Positions 38,301-51,016 of a stretch of DNA of 64,000 nt are shown here, in pieces; the stretch's first letter is position 1, and the number at the start of each line of letters is the position of its first letter. The DNA lies in assembly GCA_964276515.1 (NCBI GenBank), contig OZ193910.1, positions 4,340,001 to 4,404,000 of the forward strand. The letters run 5' to 3'. Both the position numbers and the translations under genes were made by a program. The notes under the pieces were generated by a model. That model searched no databases. It saw only the letters and a program-made list of their open reading frames with translations, and was not told the DNA's origin. Source of the DNA: Gordius albopunctatus. Its lineage: Eukaryota.

Positions 38301-40579
38301 AAAAGCTGCCAAAAATGAGTTATTATGTGTTTTGTTGCCATATTTTTTGTATTTTTAATGAGAAGTGGAAACGGACATTTGTAACGATATAGCTTAAAGT
38401 GTATTAAAACCTTTTTAAGTGGCAATACTTTTGACGTTGGGTTGGGAAGATAAACCTCCATTCTATCAATTTAGTTCAACCTAATAGGACCAAATTATGT
38501 TAAAAGTACAGTCTACGACCCTAATATAGATTTAAGTAGCGATTTTCGAATAATTTTTACTCTTTTTTGTATGTGAGATGTTCTAATATTTGAAGGAATG
38601 TAAAAATTTTATTCTTTTCAAGTGATAAATGTTTGTTCCATACTGCTATTAATGACACCAAGACCATTAGAGCAGTCGCTAAATTCTGAAACGTTCTCTA
38701 GTTTATATAGCCTTAAAGGCATGTTCTCTTTCGAATAGGCCTAGGCACGGGTCGTAGTATCGATTTTCATTTTTTAATTTAAATTGTGCAATTAACCGCT
38801 ACCTTAATAATTTTTATAAAAATTTCGTCGTTTTTAAAAAGGCTTTATTATATGTGTGTTTGTTTTTGATTGTTCAATTCGCAATATCACTTTTAGCGTG
38901 TTTTACGTGTTCTACGAGCAATACCTGACCATAGTGAAAGATACGCTGGAGAATTTGGCATACTCCTTTTGCGCCATATTTGTCATGACGTTCATCCTCC
39001 TTGGCTTGGACATTATTTCGGCCCTCATCGTAGTCCTGACCATAGCTATGATAATAACTAGCCTGTTCGCCCTCATGTTCCTCTGGGCCATCAATCTCAA
39101 CGCCATATCTCTCGTCAATTTAGTTATGGTAAGTCAACAGCCAAATGACCCTTTAAAGTCTCCAAACGCCAAGCCATTTCATTTAGAAGGCATCAACAAT
39201 TTTCTTAGTATATTTCGCAATCAATAGTTAAAATCTTTTACGAGAATTTAAAGCCCATTCCTGAGGTTGCTTCGACCAGCTAAATAACTACTATTTTTTG
39301 TTAAAACAAAATTAATATTATGCAAACTTGATATGTACTATTGGATAATTATTTTTCCAACTGTTATATGGTTTTATAATTTATTCAACTCAGGGTGTTG
39401 GTATATCCGTGGAATTTTGCTCGCACATCGTAAGAAGCTTCGCTCTTAGTATACAAGACGGGAAAGTAGCCAGAGCTCATGAAGCACTTACCGAGATGGG
39501 TAGTTCGGTAAATTCATTTTAAACATAAAAATTTCAAATTTTACGCATATTTCAAACTTACTTTACTCATTTATTATTAATAATTTTGAATTTTTTGATG
39601 TCACCGGAGGTGGTTGCAGGACTTCGTCCCCGCTATCACCGTCTATACATTAATAATTTAAATTAGATTTAACTTTTGACCTGACCTTTAAAATAGCTAC
39701 TCGTATTTTTGTAATTGATAAAATAGCATTGCCCAATTTGATTTACCTCAAATATTTATTGACATACATCAAATACTTTATTATATTTATTGTGGTTTGA
39801 TCAAAGTCTAACATTCGCGTTTTTACTCTTTTTTCAGGTTTTTAGCGGCATCACACTCACCAAGTTTGGGGGCATAGTGGTGTTGGCCTTCTCTAAATCT
39901 CGCATCTTTCAGATATTTTATTTCCGCATGTACCTCGGCATAGTGATGTTCGGGGCTCTGCACGGTCTCATCTTTTTACCCGTTCTCCTCAGTTATTTAG
40001 GTAAATCCTTCAATGTTTGTTACCATCTTACATCTTGTCATTTTTTTCCTCATTGACTGGTAGATGTTTTATTAAGTAGCGTTTACTATGCAATTTTTAT
40101 TTATTGGTTATCAGATTTAAATATTTCGCTGACGTTACTCTGATTAAAAGTGAATTAAACTACGATTTTTGCTGTCATAAATAGCCTATAGGAGCGTTAT
40201 TGGTCGATAATGTACGACCTAAGGTTGGTTAACGTAAATTTGGGACGCTCATATGGTTTAAAGTCCACATGCGTCCGAGACTATATTTAAGCTCGTTTTG
40301 ATTTATAAATACCTTCCTTTTTCTCATATCTGATTTTCACTTATTATTCCTAATTCAAAAAAAGGGCCAGCCGTAAACAGACGCAAGTATTTGAAGAAGA
40401 AATTTATGGCCTCGGGGGGTCGGTATCAAAAAAGTGAGTCCGAGAGTCCTGAACGGGATTTAAAACCAAACGGAGTGCTGGCTCAATACCCTATCACTAC
40501 CAACCATAGTCTAACGACCCCGCAGCCTTTCCAAGCAACCTTAACCCATAAAAGTGGAAACTCTAATTTTGATTTTTGA
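23370..40579 (+). CDS. NPC1: Niemann-Pick C1 intracellular cholesterol transporter, 24 coding exons, ~1434 aa
   Basis: Exons: 23370-23393, 25232-25439, 26173-26348, 27093-27404, 28183-28639, 29321-29597, 30118-30226, 30910-31136, 31421-31509, 31978-32132, 32399-32527, 32839-33021, 33698-33812, 34425-34552, 35309-35455, 35834-35923, 36196-36555, 37099-37274, 37702-37760, 38006-38165, 38897-39128, 39394-39507, 39838-40000, 40365-40579. All introns are GT-AG with consistent phases (4305 nt total). Domains: signal peptide; Cys-rich NTD (CVSYGLC, CCDGAQ, KCPAC, CGCQDC); TTDPIDLWS and PFYRIEQ; sterol-sensing domain ([13 protein letters not shown]); [25 protein letters not shown] and [10 protein letters not shown]. 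Exon 1 and the exon-4 acceptor (27090 vs 27093) are least certain. Confidence 0.95.
24635..24906. mobile_element. Tc1/mariner-pogo-type MITE in NPC1 intron 1
   Basis: TA|CAGTCAAAACCGTTTAATTGC...GCGATTAAGAAGTTTCGACTG|TA. Confidence 0.75.
24928..25132. mobile_element. MITE family 2 (TAGTGTTG...CARCACTA, GACYAAA repeats)
   Basis: Inverted ends, with TSD GTTTATCA/GTTTACCA. Confidence 0.8.
31760..31882. mobile_element. MITE family 2, partial copy
   Basis: Ends CAGCCGTTTTTACAACACTA, and the interior matches 49073-49276. Confidence 0.65.
35471..35570. mobile_element. MITE family 1, partial copy
   Basis: CATGGCCGTTGCCAGGATTGGAATTAGA(G)n. The right TIR is absent. Confidence 0.6.
36617..36760. mobile_element. 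MITE family 2 copy
   Basis: AAGTGTTGTAAAAACGACTGGG...CCCAGCCGTTTTTACAGCACTA with a degenerate TSD GTGTTTCG/GTGTATGG. Confidence 0.75.
37368..37504. mobile_element. MITE family 1 copy
   Basis: GTAGCCAGGAT...CCTGGCTACGTTCATG, with ATTATAT on both sides. Confidence 0.65.
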
Positions 40580-41202
40580 GTCCTTCTAACGCCAAATTGA
40601 ACAGCCAAAAGCTCGGCAATTCCATTTATTATTAAAGCATGGGGAAGGATTTCTTCTTAACTAACCAACGATCTATATCGTAGTTTTTATTCAAACCCAT
40701 CATATTCCCGCCCCCCCCCCTTTACATGTTTGTATTTATTTGTCTATGTATATAATGTCATTTTGACCTAAGTAATATCCACTTGCCCCCCCCCCTCCGC
40801 ATCTTTTTTGTCGCAATGTGATTTTTCACCTCGATCTGATATCTACCCATTTCTCACCTAATTATAATGCAGCACCTAGAATATCGATAACACATTAACG
40901 TCGTCTCACTGCAGTCATAATTTTGGAAATAATGCTGACGCGCTAACTATTGTAACCACCTTTACATGCTTCTGGGTACGATGAGGTGGTTGTTTTTTAT
41001 AGCCGCTTATTATTAATTTATTAGTACAGAGTTTGTAGCGTTATTATAGCACGTATTTAGCATCTCAATTACGACCATGTCTTTTACTTGCACCATGGTT
41101 GTATTATTTAAATTATTACTAATAATAACATTGATAATTTGTATAAACCCAAACAGACTTTGATCAATGCTGATTTCGGCCTTTTAAACTATTTTTGTAC
41201 TA

Positions 41203-41208
41203 AATAAA
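41203..41208 (+). terminator. Candidate NPC1 polyadenylation signal
   Basis: AATAAA about 620 nt after the stop codon, followed by GT-rich sequence. Confidence 0.35.
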
Positions 41209-41799
41209 TGTATGAGGAAGTACTTCGAGGTTTGTTTGAAACAGCTTTGGATTTTTTACTTTGACAGAGGTTGTTGTTATTCCTAGTGGTTATTAATTAA
41301 CGTTTTAAATGTTGAATAAGAATATTAGAATCATCCTTAAAGTTAATTAGCAAAAAGTAAATAGTATCCACAGCCAGACATATACAATGAAGTTTTTATT
41401 TTTTATGTCATGGAAATCTTTTTCATTCTAACTCATTGTCCATAATATCTCTAAATGTATCCAATCGTCCATCTCTTAAATGGCCGAGTCTTAATATATC
41501 CACCTTATATTTGAATTCTAATTTTTAACCAATATAACACTTGTTTTCTGTCCAAAGGACTATTATTAACCTGGTTTTAAAGAAAATTTCTTTAAATATT
41601 TTATGGCAAGTCGGCTGAGAAAGGATCGCTATTGCTAATGAAAATTGTTTAAATGACTAGTTTATTATTACAATAAATGGATTGCATTGTTGTGCGTTTT
41701 AATATAAAATTTATCGGTTTCTACGAAATAGCCAGTTCGACGATTTTGTGGAGTAAGAATGCTTTTTTATATTAGAAATTCACTTCCTTATGATTAAGT

Positions 41800-42550
41800 C
41801 AATAGAGCTGCAAGGCATTCTGCTATGCTTCATCCAATCCAAATAATAGGAAGCACCATTTTCTTCCCCTAAAAGTTGTTCTTGTGACATCTCAATCAAA
41901 GCTCCATAAATTAATTAGAGATCTTGGGGCATTCAACCTAAAATCTCTGAATTTTTGAAGAGTCGTGATTCTACTATATGTAATAGGCGTGATATCATGA
42001 GAATTTGAAAACCATTATAATGCATTTGAGCTAATCTAAACGTACTCTACCAGTAGCTCCGATATTCACTTCTAAAAGACAATTTGCCAATTAAGCGAGT
42101 GTAAAAATATTAATATAAGGGACAAAATCTAAAGGTAGTCTTTCAACTAAGTAAATGACAATTTCTCCTAATCCTATTTGGTGACGATCGAAAACGTGGC
42201 CCCTTGGTAGGGTTCCAAGATAACAAGACCACATCTTAAAACCAAATATAAAAACTTGCCCTTTTGCGGTGTGATGCCATATGAGATGAGTCTCAATATT
42301 TAAATTATTTAATACCTATTGGAAATTTAGGCGTTGAATCTCTCGCTCTCCTCAAACAAATTGGAAAAGTGATCTCCAGCGTCTCTTTAGATTTGAAAGA
42401 GTACTTTTTTATCAGGCAAAAGATCACAATGGAAATCATTTAATCCAACACGATCTCCATACACGGATCAATGCCGTCCGTTTAATTATAGCGCATTTTT
42501 ATATTTTTTTAGTCGTGTATGTAATTTTTTGTATACCATGTAATAAAGAT
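41800..42550 (+). mobile_element. Decayed 3' end of a CRE-like (restriction-like endonuclease) non-LTR retrotransposon
   Basis: About 42320-42485 reads GNLGVESLALLKQIGKVISSVSLDLKEYFFIRQKITMEII*SNTISIHGSMPSV*. This resembles the CRE C-terminus (LKELG...FL.QRIS.AIQRGNA.SILG) and is followed by a short UTR and AATAAA. The left boundary is approximate. Confidence 0.55.
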
Positions 42551-42574
42551 ATTTCTCATACCTATAATTCAAAA

Positions 42575-44836
42575 CCCCAAATTGGATGTGTGGAATCATA
42601 GAAAGACATATTCTTCGATTCATTGGAAAAGGAAATACAAGGAATAGGACAGAAAGTAAGGTTAATTATTGGGGCGGATTTTAACGCTCACCTAGGCAAA
42701 GATCGCCTCGGGTATGAACGCAATCATGGAGGCTATGGGCATTGTCTGAAAATAAAAAAGGGGAAAAACTTTTCCAAGTATCATAAGCATACGACATGGC
42801 GATCGTTAACACCTATTTTTAAAAACGCGACGATCATAAGACTTATAGAGGTGGGAAGCCTTTTAGTCAATTCGACTATCTGCTCATACGGCGAAAGGAC
42901 TTATGGGATATCACGGATTGCAAAGTAATACCGGAAGAAGAAATCGCCAGGCAACATCGTCCCCTTGTCATAGATCTTGGCAGAAAACTATTTACCGAAA
43001 GAAGAAAGGTCAATAAACCTCGAATTCGATACGAAAGGCAAGATTATACGTAACGAACGGAAAATGACATAAAAAGGCTCCTCACTCTTGGGTGCAGGAA
43101 GTTGCAAAGTTATAGGCGACGATTGGGAGACGCCAGTTAAGGACATAAAGTAAACAACGATTTTAGTTTTAGGACAGACCAAAGGAGGCAAAGCTATGAT
43201 TAGGGAACCATGGTGGTGGGATCCATCGGTTAGGGATTTCATTGGAAGAAAGAAAAACCTATATAGACGGTGGCATAAATCTAAAAAGTCGGAGGATTAT
43301 TAACAGTATCGGGAGGCAAAGAGAGCCGCTAAAAAGGCCGTTGCAATAGCGAAGGCCGCGTACACCGAGATGGCAAACGGACCATAAAGGGGGGGGGGCG
43401 ATAGGCTTTTGTACAAATTGGTCAAGAAAATTTACGATGTCGAAGTTCTTGTAAAATAGTCAAAAACGAGAAGGGTCTCTTATTCAAGCCGAAGGAAGTG
43501 ATGGAAAGGTGGAACGGACATTTCAAGAAACTTATGAATATTGCAAATGACAAAGATTCCCTTCCTGATATTGAGCCAAACACAATTATGGTGTTAGGAC
43601 ACAAATTTACAAGATGCATAAAGGAAAAGCTAATGGCCCAGATGCAATACCTACAAGATGTAGCATATTCAATATGCTGATTAGAGATCTGCACGGACAG
43701 GGTAGAAGAGCGAATTCCTGATCAATGAAGAGCAGATTATGGAAAGGATCTTAGTAACAAGGCTGAAAAACGAGGTGGAGATATCCGCTAACAAATTCGT
43801 ATTTGTAGCCGGCAAATCCACAATATACCCAATCTTCGGACTAAAACAAATGATGGATAAATCTGGTGAAAAGAGAACACAGCTACATATGCTCTTTATC
43901 GACTTGAAGAAAGCTTATCACACGATCCCTCGCGATTTAATAGGGTGGTGCCTGAGAAAACAAAATATCCCTGACTCATTTATACGGCTTATGAAAAATA
44001 TTTATAAAGCCTCACATTCTTGCGTTAGGATGACAGTTGGAAACGCTAAACCTTTTTGGGTTGAAATTGGATTACATCAAGGATTTGCTTTAAGTCCCTT
44101 TTTATTTAATATAATTATGGACACGATAACGAGAGACATTCAAAAGCCATCGCCATGGTCTATGCTAGATGCCGATGATATAGTACTATGTGAAGAAACA
44201 AAGGATAAAGTATTGGAAGAAGCCGAAAAGTGGTCGAAACGCCTAGATGAAAATGTAAAGGTCTACGATCAAAAAACTGTATACATGGAAATGAACGGTA
44301 CCGGCACCCCATCGCTGGATGACCATCTAAAGTACCCAAAAGTAGACAGGTTTACTTACCTCGGCTCGATGCTACATCAAGAGGGAGGTTGCGCAACGGA
44401 AGTCAATTCCCGGATCCAAAAAGGTAAATGGCGAAGTATATCCGGTGTAATGTGCGACAAGAAAATGACAATATGGTTGAAGAGCAAAGCTTACAAATCC
44501 ATTGTAAGACCGGTGTTACCCTATGGAAGTGAAATATGGGCATTAAACACCACGGAAGGGAAGCTATTACAAGCCACAAGTGGAGCTTGGGGAATACTAA
44601 GCTGAACCATATGACTTCTCATGACAAAAACAGGTATTCAACCTATGGCGGACTGATGTAAATCGAAAAGTACTGGACATGCAGATACCGGGGATGAGAG
44701 GAAGAGGACGACCTTGAGTCACGTGAAAAGGGCAAGTGGATTAGTCAAGGCATGGCACTTACCCGGTCAAAATGGAAGAAACTGAATAAAAAAAAACCCC
44801 ACGACTGTGGGACCAAATAATCGATAAAGAAGAAGA
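42575..44836 (+). mobile_element. RTE family A copy, 5'-truncated, with many deletions
   Basis: Aligns to 8047-10514 and ends in the tail CGATAAAGAAGAAGAA. Possible TSD AATTCAAAA/AATTAAAAA. Confidence 0.92.
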
Positions 44837-46321
44837 ATTAAAAATATCCAAAAAACTAAAATCAGTAAAATTTGTCTGTTTGACACAGTTTAAAGTTATC
44901 TTGAAAATTTTATTCATCTTTTAAAAATCTGTTTTAGGTTAAAACAGATTTCTAAGCAAGCTATTGGATATTATATTAATAAAGAAATCAGCTTAAAGTT
45001 CCCAAAAAATTTTGACATTTTTAGGAGGTAAAACCAATAAGAATTAAATTTAATTCCTTGATCGTCACATTTAAATTATGGCTCATAAATTTAATGTAAA
45101 ATAAAAAAATTATATTATTTTAGATGATTTGAAGGGACTAAGGGCTTTAGAATTCAATATCGATCTCTTTAACTTTTATAGCGATAGATGGATACCTGCT
45201 ACAAAACTAAATATGGCACCAGAAGAGTCCGCCATTTACCATCGAATTGAAAAACTGGCCTTATCGCTATAGTCAGGCAAGTTCTATAAAAAATATCATA
45301 AAATAAGGGGCAGGGGCAATCAATTTGATCATAATTAGGAAGAACGAGGAACAATTAATTTACTTTCGCTGAATATAAGATAATTTTTGTATTGAATGGG
45401 GTAGGCTGCCGCTCCTTGCATCTATCTCACTCACCACTCTCTTATAACTGAATTCAAGCCATAGTGTAAAATGGCTCTTCAAAAAATGGAATTCTTATAT
45501 TAGCTATATATCAAGTTAAGCCATCCGTAAATGAAATAACCTTTTTAAATTTTGGCCCATTTATTCGACCTATGTACCCTGTCAAATGCTTCACCCTAGA
45601 TACAAAAATATTTCAGCGGATCTATTCGCCTATTTGGCTTCTGTGTAGATAAAAGAGTGACAAAAGGTCGGTATTTATTATTTAAGGAGGGCAAAATTAT
45701 GACCTAATATTATTTTAACAGTTTACTTTAAAAGGGCATATGTCCTTTTAACATTCATAATATTCATAAATGAACTAGGGGTTATTAAAGAATATATAAA
45801 TCTCTTCACTCTAAATAGCGATTATAATTTGTACAAACAAGGCCATTTAAACGGGAGGCAGGACCCACACCTAATTTTATGACTTAAATTCCACATTTAA
45901 AGCTTGGATGTCACACAAAATGTAACCCTAACCCGCAGGCTTCTTAAAGTTTGGATCGATATTAAATACGTATAAATCTATCCTAGCTAATGGATTTAGC
46001 CATTACATGGATCCAACAAACACGATACTAAATTTAAGAAGGCTCACATATAGTGTGGGGATGAGCCGACTGGCACCATACAGCACTGCGACAGGTCACG
46101 CAAAGGTCTTCAGTTATTCTCTAAATGGCATGCTAATTAAGCTAGTGCCTGCTGCTTATTTTTTATGACAACGCTTGTTCAAATAACAAGTCTCTCTTAA
46201 AATCTTGGAAAATTGCTTAGAAATTGAAGTTAAATTAATTCGATTCGAAAAACGATTATCTAACATGGCCGAACATCGTCCACTCAAAATTTATCAATAA
46301 TTATATATAATTTTGGGGTTT

Positions 46322-49300
46322 ATGATTGAATCTATTGTCAAAGATTTCCAGGGCCACGCCCAACGAAGATGTAAGTAAACCTGTTATTCCAATACAGTTT
46401 GATCTAAAAAATTCAATAAAATTTCAAATTAAATTTTCTTTTATAATTTTGATTGATGTTTGGTTAAAGTTGATTAATTAAAAGGCTACTTTTTTTGTCG
46501 AAATTTTGATTTCGAGTATAAAACGCTGAAAAATTTGTTATATAATTTACTATATTTACTTAGCTTAGTCTATTAGTTATATTCAAGTTTGTGTCAAAAA
46601 TATCTTAAAATATAACAGACTTGGATAATGTAAGTCATTAAAATCATTTAGCTTTAAATTATTATTAAATTAAAATAAATAGCGATTTCTTCCACTTTGT
46701 TTTTTTACTTGGCCAACTAACACCAATGTTAAGTTTTATTTGACCAAATAAGTTTTAATATACCTGTAAGGAATCCGATATGTTGTAGAGTTATTTTGAC
46801 TTTTGAAGGATCACATGAATTAAAGATACAAAATGTGTAAACGTTTATTTTAAAATTTTTATAAATAGTATTTAACAGCTCATTCTTCTAATTAAGTATT
46901 ATCTAAGCAATCATTATTCAACCGTTGAAATATAGTTTAGCAAAGGTGATTTAAATTTTGTCAGAATCTATCTTCATTCATGACTCGTTCATGTTAAATA
47001 TTCATTTGAAGGCTAGGTCTATTAACGAGATTCAGCTTTAAGCGCTCCACTTTTTATTTTATTTAAACAAGGAATTCACGTTCACGAAATCAAAAACAAT
47101 TTCGTTTAGTTAAATCAAAATATTAATTTTATATTAAATTACTTAATATTTAGCATAAATTAAAGCGCAGTTATAGGTAAAGTAAACTTATTGAGACGCG
47201 CATATTAAGACGTGTATTTGCCTTCTTTGCTTTCATTCAAAATCGCTTATTAAGAAACACTCTAATACGATAATGTAATGCCAAATGGTTCACTATAAAG
47301 ATTACAATCTAGCTTCCTCTAAAAATATTAGTTTAATTCCTTGAGTAAAATCGTTTATAATCTAATTGAGTTTCTTATTATTGGTCAATGTATTACAAAT
47401 CTGTTGTTCCCCAAATACATCATATTTAGTCACATTTAGATTTATTGATAGCCTAATCTCAAACGTTTCATTAGATTTGAAAGAGTACTTTTTTATCAGG
47501 CAAAAGATCACAATGGAAATCGTTAAATTCAACACGATTTTCATACACGGATCAATGGCATCCGTTTAGTTATAGAGCGTTTTTATATCCTTTTTTAGTT
47601 GTGAATGTAATTTTTGGTACACCATTTAATAAACACATATATCGAATTATTTAATTATTAAATTATATGCTGTCTCAACTTGTATTCTTTATATTTTAGT
47701 GCCGCAACTTAAGAGTGGAACACTATGCTTTGTCTTGTTATTCTTTTTTGGGCATATGCTTATATCAGGGTCATCTGAAGAAGCCTTGAGCAATGATGTC
47801 CTTAATACAACCTCTTTTTCCACCTCGTACACTTTAAATTCAAGTAAGGCCATAAAAACATTTTACTTAATGCGCTTGACAAATAATTTAGGGTAAATAA
47901 TCAAATAAAGAATGTGTTACTAAATATTTAATTTGAGGTATACTGATTTCGGTATATTTATAATTGGTGAAGGAAAAGCCGATTTACGAGTTCGCTCACG
48001 AAACAAATAATGCTAACATGGGCGTAGCCAGGGGAAGGGGGGGGGGCCGCCCTCCCCCCCCCCCTGTGACGAAAAAAAATTTTAATGCAAAAACCCTTTA
48101 AAATTTTTAAAAAAATATGTTTTGTCCTCCCTAATTAAACTTTTAGCCGTTTCGCCCTCCCTCCTAATCCTAAAGCTGGCTACGCCCAAGAACCCAAGAA
48201 TTCTAACATTCATTTAGGTCATTTAGTAGCATTTATGTTACATCTACATATGTATATAATTTACACGACATAATGAAATATTTTTATGATTATTAATAAT
48301 TTTGTTTTTAACATTTATGTATTTCAAGGGTCCATAATTGTACCTAAAATTCCTACCCAACAAGTCTACAAAAAACTGCCAATAGAAAGGAACTATGACA
48401 AATCTAAATTTTCCGAAAAACTTAAAAGTAGTTTTAAAAATTCTTATAACAGAAAGCACCCCACTCAATCGGTTCAATCTGATAATCCCGCTTTTTCCTC
48501 CAACTCAAATGCGAGATTGTTAAATACGAAGAATCTCAAAAAGGAAAACGATTCAACAGCTCTGAGAAATCTCATAACTCACACTCAAAATAGGATTTTG
48601 GATATGGTTAAATCAAGGAACGATTCATTAACGCAACGCGATAGTTTGGAATGGGACGAAATTAATAATTCAATAGATGCTCCATCCCTATCCAGGTCCG
48701 ATGTTCAATACTTGAGCCCATTTGGTGACATGGATGACATAGAATCTAATCATGGGCTTTATAATCATCATGGACATTACAACCATCATGGACACCACGG
48801 GTTTCCGCACATAGTATTTACGGGTAGGAAAGTTTTGCAGGAAGAGGGTAGTGGACAAGAATGTGTTATTGCATCAAATTCAGGGTGCGGAGTGGATGAA
48901 CAGTGCATTCGGAGAAATGAGTTTGATATATGCGAATGCAAAAAGACTCATGGGAGAAGGCACGGTCATAGGGAGAGAAAGTGTAAACGTAAGTCAAACC
49001 CTGTAAAAAAAGGTTTGTCATAAAAACGGGCTTGGAGGGCTTTCATAAAGACGGATAGGATATAGACTGTTGTAGTGTTGTAAAATTGGCTTGATTTTTT
49101 TTGGTTGACTTTTGATTTTAGTCTACTAAACATAAAAAGACCAAAGGTTTGACCAAAAAAAACCTTTGGTCTATTTATGCTAAGAAAAATAGTCCAAAAA
49201 ATCTTTGGTTTGTTTATGTTTAGTTGACCAAAACCAAAGGTCGACCAAACAAAACCTAGTCATTTTAATGACACTAGACTGTTGAGATATGAAATTAAGT

Positions 49301-51016
49301 CTTTTCAATATGGTATTTCCCTGGTATCTTATATGTTTGGTTTATGATGTTTAAAAAGTCTAGTAATTACACTTTCTCCAAAACTTTTATTTTTTAGTTT
49401 GGATTTTACAGGAAATAAGTTAAATTTTAAGCCGTTAGAGGTTTAAATATCGAATTGGAAACGCTTAGTTTTTTATTAGCTTAATCATTAGGTTGAGGAT
49501 TGTTAAATAATAAAAATAGAAAATAAAATCATGTTTGATTTTATATTGAGACCCACTCAGAACTTTATATTTAATATTATTTTGTTAATTTTTTAAATGT
49601 ATTTTTTTGTAGCGATCAAATTTAATTGCCGAGCTGTGTTCAAACTCGTACACAAGTTTGATGCTAAATTTAAAGATCAATCATCATTCGAGTTCTTAGA
49701 ATTTGCTCAACAATTTTTAGATGTGGTAAGTTGCTTATGATTATTTGCATTAGCTTTGCTCTTACTCGTTGATTGTTAAAATGTATTATTTGAATTTACT
49801 GTAAATTTCATTTAATTGTTTACGTTTTATAAACTTTAGACGTTTTAAAACATTGCAATAGAGCACATATTATAAACTTTACCTCTTATACATAAAATTT
49901 TCTAAACACATTAAGATTTCTTTATGCATGATTAGCGTTAATATACACTTATTGAAGAATAAATTCTTACCTTTGCCTATCTTTATTAAACACGTATGTG
50001 TGTGTGTATAAATTCTTTTTTTTTACTTTTTTGGTAAAGCATTTACCGCTTAAAACTGCAAAAATGTTTTAATTCTTATTGTTAAAATTCATATATGAAT
50101 ATACCTGCCCACTTATATTAATATCACTAAAGATAAATAAGTTTTAATAACAATTATTTGTATTCATACTTATTAAAAACAACTAATAAGATGTCAAATG
50201 CATTAAAAGCAATCGGGATTTCATAATATATGTTTGTATTGCATCTGAATATAAAAGGACCCTGAACATATGTTTTAAATTAAGTATCTGGCCTTTATAA
50301 CGGTATTTAATTCATTGCTTCCATATGTTTTTCATTTATCATAGATAGAAACGAACATTCAATCCAACGACGTGCTTGATAGAGCCATAGTATCAACGAG
50401 AATTACCAAATCCCAAGGGGGATCAACCATAGTACACTTAAGTATAGATATTGGGGAAGATAACATTGAATCACCAGAAACTATTGTAGGACTACTAAAA
50501 AAAGCACTCGTCCAAGTCCCACCTAATGATATTGGCTACAGTAGAAATTCATTGCGATCCGTTAAAGGTTGTCACAACTTTTCTCATTAAATTTCATAAT
50601 GATTGAAAGCATGACCAAAATAACTTCTATCTATTTATACAGTCAGCCAGATGCTTTATTGCTCTTTTACCATTTAAATCCTATTAGTTCTTTTTATATA
50701 ATTACCTTCCGTATGATAAAATTTAAAATGCGTTTTTTTACTTGAGCATTCTTATAAGGATCCTTTTGCAATATATTATTTAAGTGCTGTTGGGTATTTT
50801 AATTATGGAAATTGTTTATCTTTCTATATTCTAAAAAATATTTTAATGTTAGCTCTCAGCTTGTGCAACCAACCGCAAACTAACCCGTGTAGCAAAAATG
50901 CGGAATGTATAATGGGGAACGACATGGGGTTTGAGGGCTGTAGGTGCTTTCCTGGGTACAAAGAAGTATCCAGTTCTTCTCTTTATCCTGGCGCTGTATG
51001 CTCGGATAACGGATGA
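46322..51016 (+). CDS. EGF-SEA-EGF extracellular protein (architecture like sea-urchin 63-kDa sperm flagellar membrane protein / Drosophila pawn), ~450 aa
   Basis: Exons 46322-46370 (tentative), 47700-47843, 48329-48988, 49613-49725, 50345-50567 and 50853-51016, with consistent phases. It has a hydrophobic N-terminal segment (LCFVLLFFFG), a His-rich stretch and a first EGF (ECVIASNSGCGVDEQC...CEC...KC). The SEA domain reads FDAKFKDQSSFEFLEF...GSTIVH and the second EGF reads CNQPQTNPCSKNAEC...CRCFPGY...YPGAVC. Confidence 0.75.
47450..47635 (+). mobile_element. Second copy of the CRE-like 3' fragment (intronic)
   Basis: Near-identical to about 42372-42550 (TTAGATTTGAAAGAGTACTTTTTTATCAGGCAAAAGATCACAATGGAAATC...). 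Confidence 0.7.
48017..48190. mobile_element. MITE family 1 copy
   Basis: CATGGGCGTAGCCAG...CTGGCTACGCCCAAG. Confidence 0.8.
49073..49276. mobile_element. MITE family 2 copy
   Basis: TAGTGTTGTAAAAT...ATTTTAATGACACTA with a perfect TSD GACTGTTG. Confidence 0.88.

Noticed and set aside
38509..38758. Possible TA-flanked MITE (CAGTCTACGACCC...GGGTCGTAG)
   Set aside because: Only a 9-bp inverted match, and the right terminus and TSD are missing.
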